Source of the DNA: Bugula neritina
Lineage: Eukaryota > Animalia > Bryozoa
Reading direction: 5' to 3'
Assembly (NCBI GenBank): GCA_964035545.1
Contig: OZ037765.1
Coordinates: 18,228,995 to 18,292,994, forward strand
DNA length: 64,000 bases
Below, piece after piece: positions 39,301-51,100 of the stretch; the stretch's first letter is position 1, and each line of letters starts with the position of its first letter. The position numbers were made by a program, and so were the translations under genes. A model generated the notes under the pieces. It ran no database searches. It had not been told where the DNA came from and worked only from the letters and a program-made list of their open reading frames with translations.

Positions 39301-42300
39301 ACTCATCTATTACTACAAATCCAAATCGATCTGCTTCGTCCATTATTTCCTCTGCATATGGGTAATGGGAAGTTCTGAAACAGTTGGCTCCAAGCCAGCG
39401 CATTAGACTGTAATCTCTAGCTATGAGAGGCAAATCTACACCCTTTCCTCTAATCTATAAAATAGAAATTTGAAAAAAAATATTTGAAGATTGAGAGTTG
39501 CATTCTATGTCATAGGTGCAATTATATATTATTACTGTACTTTTTTAGGATCCTATTAAAAAGAATTGCTCTATAAGCAGCTCCGAGTTGGGGGTTCAAA
39601 GACAATTTTACAATCTGAATACATGATAATTATTAAGTGTAGAAAAGCTTAAACACTCAAATATACAGTCTAGAACAACTTAAAATATGTATGAATAAAT
39701 TATTCCTCATAACATCCCTGAGCCTCAGACTGAAGTGACTAGATACATTAAATTTGGCAGCCTATGACACTGTAGCCTTCAACTACACAAAAAATTATTA
39801 CAAAGCAGAGTATAATTTTGTGAATTTTCATAAGATTGCAAAGGCTTTACCAAGAGGGATACATGGAATATATAGCATAGCACATACTACAAACTTTACC
39901 TAAAGTGAAGATTGAAATTGCAAGAACAGATATGTTGAATAGAGCATAGTGCATATTAATTGGTATATCTCCTATATGATAAAATATAACAGCATATAGA
40001 TGACATATATATAGGTGTCTGGTTAAAAGATAACTTACATCAGAATCTTCATGTCTTCCCAACCCAAGACAATAAAATGGTTTGTTATTGATAAGCAGTT
40101 GTTTATTGGTTACATTTACAGTTCGAATACCAAAGGGTTGTCGGTAGATATCAATCACGGAGCCTTCTGCGCCAGATATCAGAGTCAACTGAAAAAGAAC
40201 AGAGTGACACAACCAAATACAAACAGATAACACTGAGTTACCGGTACTTTAGTGACTTCATTTATTACTGAAATTTTGGTAGAGCTATCATACTATCAAA
40301 GTAAATAATGCTAATTAAAAGTATAAGGTGACTATCAAATTAGTGCAAAAAAGCTACTAAGATTCTTGTTGTGAACTCATTGATTTTGAAAATTATCCCT
40401 AAAACCTTGTGAATGTTATGTATTGCACTAAAAACAGTTCAACTACAGCCAGTTCGGTCAAAGAGTCATATGCCCAATGTTTACTATTGGTCTAGTCACG
40501 CGACAAGGAACGTACACCTTAATTGTTCAGCGGCAACCATCCGAATGTGATAATTTTGTGAATAAATTTAAATGGTCACTAAGTATCATCTGGTAGTCTC
40601 TACCAACATGCTTTGCTGCGATTTAAGAATAATAAATTTAGTGAATTAAAACAAATACTGATAACAATAGTCAAAATTACTGCCACTAGTAAATAGCAAT
40701 GTATTATTGTGTCATCTAGTAGCTCAATGCAAGTTTCTTTAGCGAGCGACAGAATTATTAGACGTTTCGCTGTGCAGTTGTACCAGCACAGTGAATAAAA
40801 GTTTGATAATTTGTCCCCATATTTCAAACTGGCTGCAATCGACCTGGGATCGATACATACAAAACAAGCTTTAAGAACTAGAGTTACAACTGATTTCAAA
40901 ATATGTTTCTCAGTTACTCTGAAAATATCAAGAAAGTTGACTCATCTCAGTGATTTTCGTAAACTATATTTTGATGATACAGAAATTAGGTGAACAGTGT
41001 TTATAAGAACTACATCTACCTCAAGAGTATAGAGATAAGCAGAAGTAGTGTTGCTCATTGTGTATGGCCACCAGAGACTATAGTTAGTCAGGACAATAAC
41101 ACCAGCCAATCCTTTTTCAAATCCCACGGCCTTCCCATCAGCATTCAGCACACGTGTAACAACTACTGCTGATGTAGATTGAGCTTCCACGTTGTAATGA
41201 ATGTAAGCTACAAAATCACCAAAAGTAACAACAGTTTCAATCTTTTAAATATGTCATATTTTATGCTGCATCAAAGGTGAGAATCTTTTTTTCAAACCTC
41301 TTCTTTTATTACAACACAGCTGTAACATATCTTGGCTAGTAAAAAAATTCTTGAAATTAATTAGAAGTTTTCAACTTGGAATAATATTGAACCATTCAAT
41401 AGTTTTTTCTAACTTATCTTTTAGCAATGAACTTGTCAAAAGTATTTGCAGCTTTATAACTATATAATAAAACCATAATTAATTAGAAATGTCAACTGCT
41501 TTACCTAACACATATTGAGATATCTAAAATACTGATCATCTTAAAAATATACAAGTTATTCGTTTACTGAAAGTCCTTTAAGCTTTAAAATGTATAAAGT
41601 ATAAACTACATCTTTATCCAACCAATATTGAAAAAGCAAATGAGAATACCATAACTTTTTCTAAGACTGAATACCAAACTGACCTGCAGTTTTGTTAAAT
41701 CTAGTAACAATGGTGACATCAGAGATGTATTGACTAGGCGTTGTATACAGCAAAACAGGTCTATGAATTCCAGCATAGTTGAAAAAATCCATCTGTATAT
41801 TCTGTGTGAAATATCCTTCGGGGTACCTTTTAAACACGCTTTTATGTATTACTTATATAACATGAGCATAGGAGTATACACACTGAAGTATAATATAGGC
41901 AATTTCAATTAGGTTGTACTGTATTAGATCTGCACATAAAAATAATTCATAAGTAATATAAAAAAAAACTATTAAAGAAAGAGAGCAGCCGTGCAGTGAA
42001 TAAAGTGCTGGCCTAGTAAATATGAGATCACTGATTCGAGTCCCAACACTGGCGGCAATGTTAGGAAGAGCATCCTGAGCCACAATAGAAAAAGTTTGTA
42101 GCTCGCTTTTGAAAAAGCTTTTCGATCAGGGGTTCTCACAAAGACAGTGACTATAAATTTGCATGTGTGAGTTTGTTATAAAAGATATAAATTTCATTTT
42201 ATACCTTGAAGTATCATTTTTATATGTGATTGTACCAGGAGGTAGGGTTGTAGGTGTTAGTGTATTGTTAACAGCCACAGTCAATCGATTGGTGGCACCA

Positions 42301-43162
42301 CGAAGGAAATATTTAGAAACTTCTGCTTCAAATGGTAAGTGGCCACCACTGTGTCTCATTACTTCCACTGTGTTCACCCACTACAAATGTTTTCCAGAAA
42401 ATAGACAACTCTAAAACTTTTAGAATTCTGTGAAATGGTTTTGTACATGGTTGGCATATTTTACCCTGTGTTGAAACTCACCACTATTGTGTTGTAGTGT
42501 GCACTCCCAAACCTCAAAAATATATTTCTGCCATCAAACCAGTCTTTGCTTACATAAAAATCTGTTTCATACCAAACCCATCCAACAAAATCTCTAAGAG
42601 CACCATCAGCAGTGATGTCATTGTAACTAGAAGGCACTGGCATCGGAATAATCTCACCAGTCTAATGACAAAATATCTTCTATAAATGCATTGATTGTGA
42701 CATAATAGCAATTGAGAACTGCGACCAAATACTACCTTTGAAACTGACTTTAAATACAACTCATAAAGTGCTCTGTAAACAGTAAGTTGAACTACAAATT
42801 CTCTATCAATAAAATTGAACATTAAACAACTGCACAGAAAATATAAATGATCAAGGCAGTGCTTACTCTTTAATATTTCATACTATTCATTAGACTGAGT
42901 TATGTATGATAATTTTATGCAATGAATAAAAGGTACGTGAACTGTATAAACTAAACAATATAACCTGTGACAAGGGACTTTGATACCATTTTTCTTGAAA
43001 TCCTTTATCTCGACTAGGTGAATAATCAGCTCTGAATCTCCACATTCCTGAAAGATCTTTGATTTCTCTGTGTTCTGATTCTTTTGGTTGAAGAAGGCAT
43101 TCACACCATTGATTAGTGGCAAATATCATTACCAGAGCTAGTGAGTATATTTTCCAAAACAT
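36312..43162 (-). CDS. GUSB: Beta-glucuronidase (glycoside hydrolase family 2), 11 coding exons, signal peptide
   Basis: Exons 43162-42965, 42661-42482, 42380-42205, 41826-41684, 41207-41020, 40188-40039, 39454-39282, 38772-38623, 38141-37877, 36928-36793 and 36424-36312. Motifs: [44 protein letters not shown] (acid/base Glu), SEYGAD (nucleophile Glu), [20 protein letters not shown]. Confidence 0.97.
37040..37815 (+). mobile_element. Decayed 5'-truncated RTE-clade LINE fragment (RT C-terminal region), antisense within a GUSB intron
   Basis: With stops and frameshifts, 37442-37800 reads [59 protein letters not shown]. This matches the RTE pattern GVLCD..RPAMLYG..EMRMLR..NE.IR..RL.W.GHV.R..GRPK.RW. 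The 5' boundary is approximate. Confidence 0.85.
39564..39595. mobile_element. Isolated terminus of the 1687-1827 foldback family
   Basis: aattgctctataagcagctccgagttgggggt matches the arm at 1687-1718. Confidence 0.65.
41985..42158 (+). mobile_element. tRNA-derived SINE, copy 2 (antisense in a GUSB intron)
   Basis: Box B-like gattcgagtccc (42033-42044). tgttaggaagagcatcc and gatcaggggttctcacaaagacagtgacta are colinear with copy 1 at 3915-4120. Confidence 0.7.
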
Positions 43163-43260
43163 TTTGTTTCTTGTTCTATAAAAAAATACCAGTGTACTAG
43201 CAGAGAATCCTCAAATTTTATGTTAATACCATCATGATGTAGATACTTTTATTATGCAAT

Positions 43261-43349
43261 TGTTGTAGTTTTATGAGGATAACTACTATGTGTGGGTATA
43301 TGCATGTATGAGAAGCTAGAACATAACTCTTCGTATTTATCCAAGAAAT

Positions 43350-43430
<81 letters not shown>

Positions 43431-43828
43431 TGTGAGTGTTTTAAGAACGGATAACATATATTTACAAACTTAGCATTCGAGAATAGATATCAGATAAAAC
43501 AGTAGTACATCAGAACCATACATGAGTAATAATACTAGTTGAATATCACTAGGCGCATGGATTGTCCTGCTTATATAGGGGAGCTTAATCCTGATTGGCT
43601 TCGCGAGTTCCGGTCTCCTTGCGGATGACTATCTGCAGCGGAGGCCGCCATTCAGTCAAATAGAGCGTGCGGAATCCCAAGAGTGCCGCAGTGTGGCGTG
43701 AGTGTGAGTGTCACAGTTGAAAATAGTGATGTGTAACCAGTGTGCTTGCAGTACAGTTGGTTGCGCAGACTATGGTCCATATGGCAACCAAGGGAGGGGG
43801 TAGCATGATGTATGCCACGGCCATTACA
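43261..43828 (-). mobile_element. Probable solo LTR (568 bp), same orientation as GUSB
   Basis: TG...CA termini (minus strand tgtaatgg...ctacaaca). Flanks caat / caag give an imperfect 4-bp TSD. The 5' half is GC- and CpG-rich, unlike its surroundings. CCAAT (43594-43598) then TATATAA (43571-43577) on the minus strand. Confidence 0.6.
43350..43428. repeat. (GA)n microsatellite
   Basis: Direct reading; ~36 uninterrupted GA units. Confidence 0.99.
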
Positions 43829-44034
43829 CAAGTACCAATTTTTCTAGGTCTTGAAATGCTTATTTAAGTGAGTGGATTGCTACTTTTAACGCAATAAAAC
43901 AAGAAACTAAACTTTAATTGTTTTATAGCTTCTTATTATTCATTTCACTTAATTTTACACTTTAGTTCTATAACCAGAGATAACATAATCTAGATCTATA
44001 TCATTATCAATATCGATTGAACTTAAATGATCAC

Positions 44035-44098
44035 GGGTGTGACTAAAATGGGTGGCTACCCGGTGTCGCAGTCCGTGACACCCATTTTAGTCACACCC
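44035..44098. mobile_element. 64-bp hairpin; minimal Tc1/mariner-like MITE remnant
   Basis: Perfect 20-bp inverted repeat gggtgtgactaaaatgggtg / cacccattttagtcacaccc. The right end caccctata resembles the CACCCTG-TA ends of mariner-type MITEs. Confidence 0.65.
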
Positions 44099-44169
44099 TA
44101 TAGCTATTGGTACTGGCATTAAACTCATTTGACAAATATAACCAAACTAAAACTAGCTGAATGTAATTT

Positions 44170-44640
44170 TGCCTTATACTTATAGCTAATGACAACGTTA
44201 TACTTATAGACAGTTAATGTTATAGTTATACTTAATCTTATACTTATAGTTATACTTATACTTATAGTTAATCTTAAAGTTAATGTTACACTTAGATCTT
44301 GATGAATTATAAAATTATAATCAAAATTTTAATTTTTATTAGTATTTTCATTATAATTGTCTTAAAATTGTAGTTGTTGATCAGTAAAACTAGTGGCAAA
44401 AACTAAAATTTAAATTCTATTACAATTAATTTTAAATTCAAAGTGATCTAATTGTAATTCTATCTACTTCTACTTCTAGAAATTATTATTAATATTAATG
44501 TTTAACTTTATCATAATCTTTAAGTTTTCATAATTATTACATTATTAATATTATATTATAATTATAATTATTATTTCTAATACAAATAATGACAATAAAT
44601 TTAATGAATAGATCCAATAAAAAATACTTATCTATAGTTA
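44170..44640. repeat. Period-3/6 low-complexity tract upstream of the GUSB CDS (inferred 5'UTR intron)
   Basis: ttatagttatacttaatcttatacttatagttatacttatacttatagttaatcttaaagttaatgttacactt, followed by aat/tat-rich runs. Confidence 0.8.
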
Positions 44641-46479
44641 TATCTCAATAAAAACATTGCAAGACTGAAGGGACAATGCTCAAATGTGATTACCATTGAA
44701 CTATAACTATAGTTTCAGTTCAGCGGTGATTACTGCCAAGGAGCACGCCCCTTTGAAATGAAACATTCACAGAAAAGCCTCTATACTCTATAGTTTATTA
44801 TAATATCTAGCGGTTTACCTAAGTCCTAAGAGCTCATATTACACGAAAAGCGACGATTTGAGTAAGGAGTTATCTTTTCTCTATAAACTAATGCGTGAAA
44901 CTATTTCAGGTTGAGTGGGATAAATCTGTGTTATCTCCCCTGTTATTACTCATTTGATATTTTGTAAACCTGTTTCATGACATACATGATACAACTATTT
45001 TTCTCTTACACAGAATAATCACTGCCCATGATGCAGAGCAAAAACAACCTCTAAGTTTGACATTCTTTCCAGCTCATGGTTTATACTTTAGTGGTTTAAT
45101 GGCAAATGCTATCAAGGGCCCTGCATAGTGTGGTGCAGAGTTAACCAGCGGCCAAAGGTGAGTTATAATGAGTCTATCAGTGTCAAACCATAGTCACAGA
45201 GTAAAAAGGTAAAGTAGTTAGTTCTATTCTACAAAATCTGAGGCATTGAGTGTCTTTAAAGTAGTTACAACAGTGACGCTATTTTAATTTACAAAGGGTA
45301 AATGTGAAGGAAATACTTTTGTTATATTACAGCGTTAGCTAATGGTGTGCAATTGAGACATTTCACTTTTCAGGTGTAATTCACATACTCAACTTTTTTA
45401 AACTTTGTGTGACTTGTCTTAAAACATTACTGCCAGTGCCATTGTAAAAACTTGTTATATTATAATTAGTAGCCACAAAGAAAACCATTTAAATTTGAGG
45501 CAGGTATAGACTTACAGTTTTTATCTGATGAAAGTTCATCTAGAAAAAATGCAACAGAAAAAACAGCTGTCTGCCATGTGACTTAACATTAGAACATCAA
45601 GCATGCAAAACTTGAAAGTTTAAACAGTGTGAAAATCTTTTGTTTGCACCATGCAACGGCAATCAACAATGTAAGCTTAGAAAATGTGAGATTGAAATCA
45701 CTAGCATAGTAATTGTAGCTTATATTATGGTTTATAAGCGTAAGGAAGTATATTTTTTGTAACGCTAAAAATTATTCTAAAAAAGAAAGGAATTTTTTCA
45801 ATTTAGTAAAGCTATTCTCTGATTTAAGTGGCAAACTATTATTTAGGAGTATTAGAAGTAAATTTGATTAAGCTATTCAGTCATTCTATTTAAACTGACT
45901 CTAAATACTATTATAATTTTGATTAGGATATATCCAAACTGTTTTAGTCAGTAAAACTTGTAAAAGTCATAGTGGGATGACAAACAATAATTATATTATC
46001 TTTGTGCATGTACCATTCTATTTCAACCTTTGCTACTGCCTACTGATTGTAGCTATACGCTTTCCTTAAACATGAATTAAAACTATTTGGAACCAAACTT
46101 GCTAATTTCATGTGATCATCTTTATAGAAAATATAAACGTACGTAGTTACTACCTTTACCTATGTCAGACAACTCCACAAAACGAATAAATGATTTTAAT
46201 AATGTGTTTATATTTTATTTCAGAAGAGCCTCGATGCACGCAGCTTTTTGCAGTCATAAATTAGATTATAGTTTTTTCGTGCTTGCTAAAAGTATAGACT
46301 TTTCGCTCAGATTTTTCTGTGATTTCTTTTTTAAAAAGGTAACCCTGGATTTATGGTTTGTGCAATCAAAGTAAATGTTAGAGAGGTTTTTAATAAAGCT
46401 TTAAAATAATGCTAGTGTATTTATATAAACTTAAAGCAAATCTTTAATTAGCTTTGACTATTTTTATAAACAATTGAAT

Positions 46480-47380
46480 TAGAATAATCTTTACACTTAC
46501 AGTTACTGTTAGTAAGGCCTTACTCTTAGCCTTAGTCTTAGTGTTAGTCTTACTCTTAGAGACTAAGTTGAAGTTAAAATGAAAATGTAGCAGCAACAGT
46601 AACTCAAGAGCAAAATTAAGTGTAACACTCACACTGTGATTGTTACACTTACTGTGACAGTGACTGTTGTTGTTAGTGTTGCAATTAAAAGAAAAATCAA
46701 AATGAATGGTCAAGTTGAATTCTAGTTTTACTAATAGTAATACTAATAGTACTACTACTAGTAATACTATTATCCGACCCAGTACTAACTACCACAAATT
46801 AAAAGCTCTTAGTTTTGCTTTTATTTTTAGCCAATCGCTATCAGTCTCATAATCAATATGAATATCATTATTCATTAGACTTAGAGTTTGTGATGGTTAT
46901 AATTATAATAATAATCATAATAAGACTAATTACCTTAGTTTATTATCTCATTTAAGTGTTAAGACTATTAGTTTTACACTTACTGTTGCTGTTGGTGTTC
47001 AGTTTTATCAGATTGAAAGTGAAATTTATTCAAATTCAATAAAAGAATCTAAGATAATGTATGCAATAACAATTCATTGATAAACACTAATGACTAATAG
47101 TTTGACAGTGATTGCAATTGCGAAATTTATCAATAATACACTAATAATCAATAATCATAATGAGAATCATGATCATAATCAGTATGACTATGATAAAGAT
47201 ACTAAAACCATTAGGTTTAGTATTGCTATAATTATCATGATTGCCAATACAATAACATACAAAATGACATTATAATTATGACTTTTGATCTTATGCTTTG
47301 AAAGTATGTGTTTCAAACTGACAACTACCAAGATTATTGATAGTAATACTATTAATACTACCAATACAATATTATTATTC
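46480..47380. repeat. Period-3/6 low-complexity tract upstream of the NAE1 CDS (inferred 5'UTR intron)
   Basis: ttactcttagccttagtcttagtgttagtcttactcttag; actaatagtaatactaatagtactactact; aatcataatgagaatcatgatcataatcag. Confidence 0.85.
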
Positions 47381-48145
47381 ACCTCAGCTTGGTCAAAGTC
47401 ATGTCAGATCAAGGAGAGTTTACAAGCAAAAATTTTGAAACAACTCAGTATTTCTAGTGCTGTCTTATAATATTTGCATTCATTCATTAAGACTTGGCGA
47501 ATGCTTGCCCACACTCTGTAGCTATTATAGAAAGAGCATTGGGCATCTCCATTTTTAACCATTCAAGGTTTACATTTATATACATTCAAACAATAATGAA
47601 AAATAACTATATTTATATGAACTAATCAATCTTCTTAATAGCATTGAAATTGCTATTCATGTTGAGAAATGACTCTTAAACATAATGTATTTGTTGTAAT
47701 AGTCATCAGCTCTGTACATGAAGGTCAGGAATTTATCAGTTTTAACATGTCATTATGTTATTCTTTTCATTATTATGTTTGTTTAGTATACAATTGTAAG
47801 TGCCACCGTTGCTATGAGCCATAGACTCTCAAGTACTGAAGTTATCAGTTATCAAATTCAATATAGGCTAAGTTAAGCCCTGCTATTTATCAACGTATTT
47901 GTATTTACTACTAACATAAAGCAATTATTTTTATTAAACATTTTGTGCTTTCTTGGTTTGATAGATGCATCTTTTACTTGTTTTACCAGTTTGCAAGGGC
48001 ATCATAGCTTAACCATCATTATTTAGAACTTTTCACCATTTGCTTTAAATTTCAAGGCACCAATTTTAAATAGCAAGTTTAGTTTGAATCAACATTTAGA
48101 TTGACTTATTCCTATATCTTTTGTAGAATTTATTCTTGTTTCGTG

Positions 48146-51100
48146 ATGGGTGCACCTTCAGAGAAATCACAGAAGTATGATAGACAATTGAGGTTGGTAG
48201 GTTTCAGTTTGCTACAATAAGCAGAAAGTAGATGTTGAAACGCGTAACTCATATGAAGTATATATATGATCACTTACAATTATATTATTATATTGCCTTT
48301 GGTCCACAGGCTTTGGGGAGACCATGGCCAGGCTATGCTGGAATCAGCCAAACTTTGTCTGATCAACGCCACTGCAACTGGCTGTGAGATATTAAAGAAT
48401 TTAATTTTGCCTGGAATTGGCTCCTTTTCTATTATCGATGAACACAGTGTAACTGAAGAGGATTTGGGCAATAAGTATGATAAATCTGCTTTCTATCGAT
48501 TATATTATATATGTTTAGAGAAGTTCACAATATAGTGTTTTGCGCAGCTGTTGCTACTGTTCATTTAAATTTTTAGTTTCTTGGGTAGAAAGTAAAAGTC
48601 TTATTTTTATGTGTTACTTTCAACATTTGTAATAAAGCATCATAGCAAATTCTAAATATATATTTCCCATATAGCAAATTACACACATTAGCATCACAAC
48701 ACCAGCGCAACAGCGACAAATGTCACTTTTTTAATCATTATTAGGACCCAAATTAAAGTTTTAGCTAGCCTAGACTCATGGAATTAGTTTTTCTTGTAAA
48801 TTTTAGTGACAATAAATTAACACCAATTTTAATGTTTTTTTATTTATAGCTTTTTCTTAACCGATGACAGTCTGGGTCAGGTATGTTATATTATTATACT
48901 CAATTTGATATCATATATTGCTTAATAATGTTATTGTTAACTTGTTCTTGTTAGTGTATTTAAAATAGTTGTATAGTGTGTATTTTGTATACATACATGC
49001 GTATAGTACGTTCATGTGTAGTATCTTTATAATATTATATAGTGTATAGTCGTATAATATTTTGAATTAATCAAATCAAACTGAATTTCTAGTGCTGATT
49101 TTTTACTGTATTAAAAATTTTATAGCTAACTATGGCATTAATGTGTAATTGTCAATCTATATTAGAAAAGAGGTCAAGTTGCTACGACTTACCTTCAAGA
49201 GCTCAATGATGAAGTACTTGGTGAATTCGTAGAAGAGGTAACAATGAAATGCTTTTGTAGAGAAATTTTGCATTTCAGTTATGTGAATAAACTCAAAACC
49301 ACTTATCTTCTTTTTCTCCATTTCAATAGCATAATTTAGAAAAATGATATATGTTTTTTTCAAAACCTTATTCATAATTGTGTAAAATGATGAAGTTTTG
49401 CTATCCTTATGAGCTTTTATTTGTAATTGTTTTTGGACTATTACAAATATAATTGAATTTTGCAGACTTATTTTCACAAAAATTAATTTGTTTTCAGGGC
49501 TTGGATACTCTGTTAAGAAGGAACCCAGAAATATTTTCCAAGTTCACATTAGTGATTGTCAGCTCATTACCTTCTAGGTATGACCTCTTGTCTTACTAAT
49601 GAACAAACTGTATGATTTCAATGACTTGAATGATTTTAATGTCGCACACCTATTTCCTTTTAAAATCCATTATGAAAACATGACTTTTCTCCATCGAATA
49701 TAAAAACAAAGTAAGCTGCATATTTCTAAATGGTGTGATGATTCAACTTGTCTTTAGTTATAAATGATGTAATTAATTTCTTCATGCCTTTTCCCAAATT
49801 GTTTTCTGTATACCAGGTCTCTACTAAAACTCTCAGAGTACTTGTGGGCACATGACGTCCCTCTAGTAATATGTTGTTCCTATGGTATGATTGGATATCT
49901 CAGACTAGTTTCCCAGAACCACACAGGTAACCCGCTCTTACTTTTACCTTTGAACTTTATTGAAATTGTCTTTTTTTGCTATAGAACCAGTTGTAAGTTA
50001 TAAGCAACAAATAATTAATATGTAGGATAAGCAACCTTATATAACTATTTAAAGTGGTTTAAATTTCAATTGTGTTGATGTGTAAATTTTTATTCTACTG
50101 ATATTTTTGAAAGGCTTTTTATTGTAACCCTTTTCTTCCAATATTTTATCCGAGTACCCAGTTGATGTTGACTCCCTCCTAAGCTGTCAATGCAGCACTA
50201 ACTTAACTCAAACTTATTTTATTTGTATTCCACAACTTCTCATTGGCAAAAGACAATAATAATAATATGTATTCAACTTTTAGACAAGATTTGACTCATA
50301 TTTCTACATAAACTGCCACTAGATTCTTATGCAATATGTTATAATAACCATGGCTAAGGGCACCTCTAGCTCTCTACTCAAATGCTAACATATGTTACAG
50401 TGGTGGAGGCTCACCCTGAACACCCTCACCCAGATCTGAGATTAACAAAGCCATTCCCAGAGCTAGTAGAATTCTGCAACTCCATTGAACTGGATGGGCT
50501 TAGTAAGAAAGATCATAGTCACATACCCTGGCTTGTTTTGCTATACAAATATCTACAGATCTATAAATCTCAGGTATCTATTACAGCATTTAAGCTGTTC
50601 TAAATTATTGCGTAACTTTGCTTTTTTCGGATGATGTCCATACTGAAACTGTATAGAATGTGAATTTTTTCAAGTGTAACATAATGTATAGTTTTATTAT
50701 TACAGGCTGTAAAAGTAGATCTCATCTAGCTAGTCATAACAACTGACTGCTTCTATTAGTAATAGTACGAGTGTTTGATATAGTAGTATTGTACTAAGAG
50801 TAGTGAATTGAGAGCACATCTTAGGAGTGTGCGTCGCCTATCTTTTTAGACTACTACACTGATACTATTCTGTTGCTATTTCCATAATATTATGTCTAGA
50901 ATCAGGTACTTTCATTGTAACTGTCATCTATGAAACTCTTAGGGTAGTGTCATGATGCAATGCCGTGACTGACTCATTGGGTCACTTGCATGTTTGCACT
51001 ATGATTTTGCTATAATACTCATACTTTGAAGATGGTGTTTAATGTTGAATTAAAGGGTATTATATTATAGCAGTCTATATGTACTGTTGGCTTGTTTTAT

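Noticed and set aside
40232-40952. Possible CACT...AGTG-ended transposon in a GUSB intron
   Set aside because: Only 7 bp of clean inverted match (cactgag/ctcagtg) and no TSD.
43218-43457. Poly-(SL) ORF
   Set aside because: Translation of the (GA)n microsatellite.
46444-47470. Several 60-90 aa low-complexity ORFs
   Set aside because: By-products of the period-3/6 tract; they occur on both strands and lack splice or homology support.
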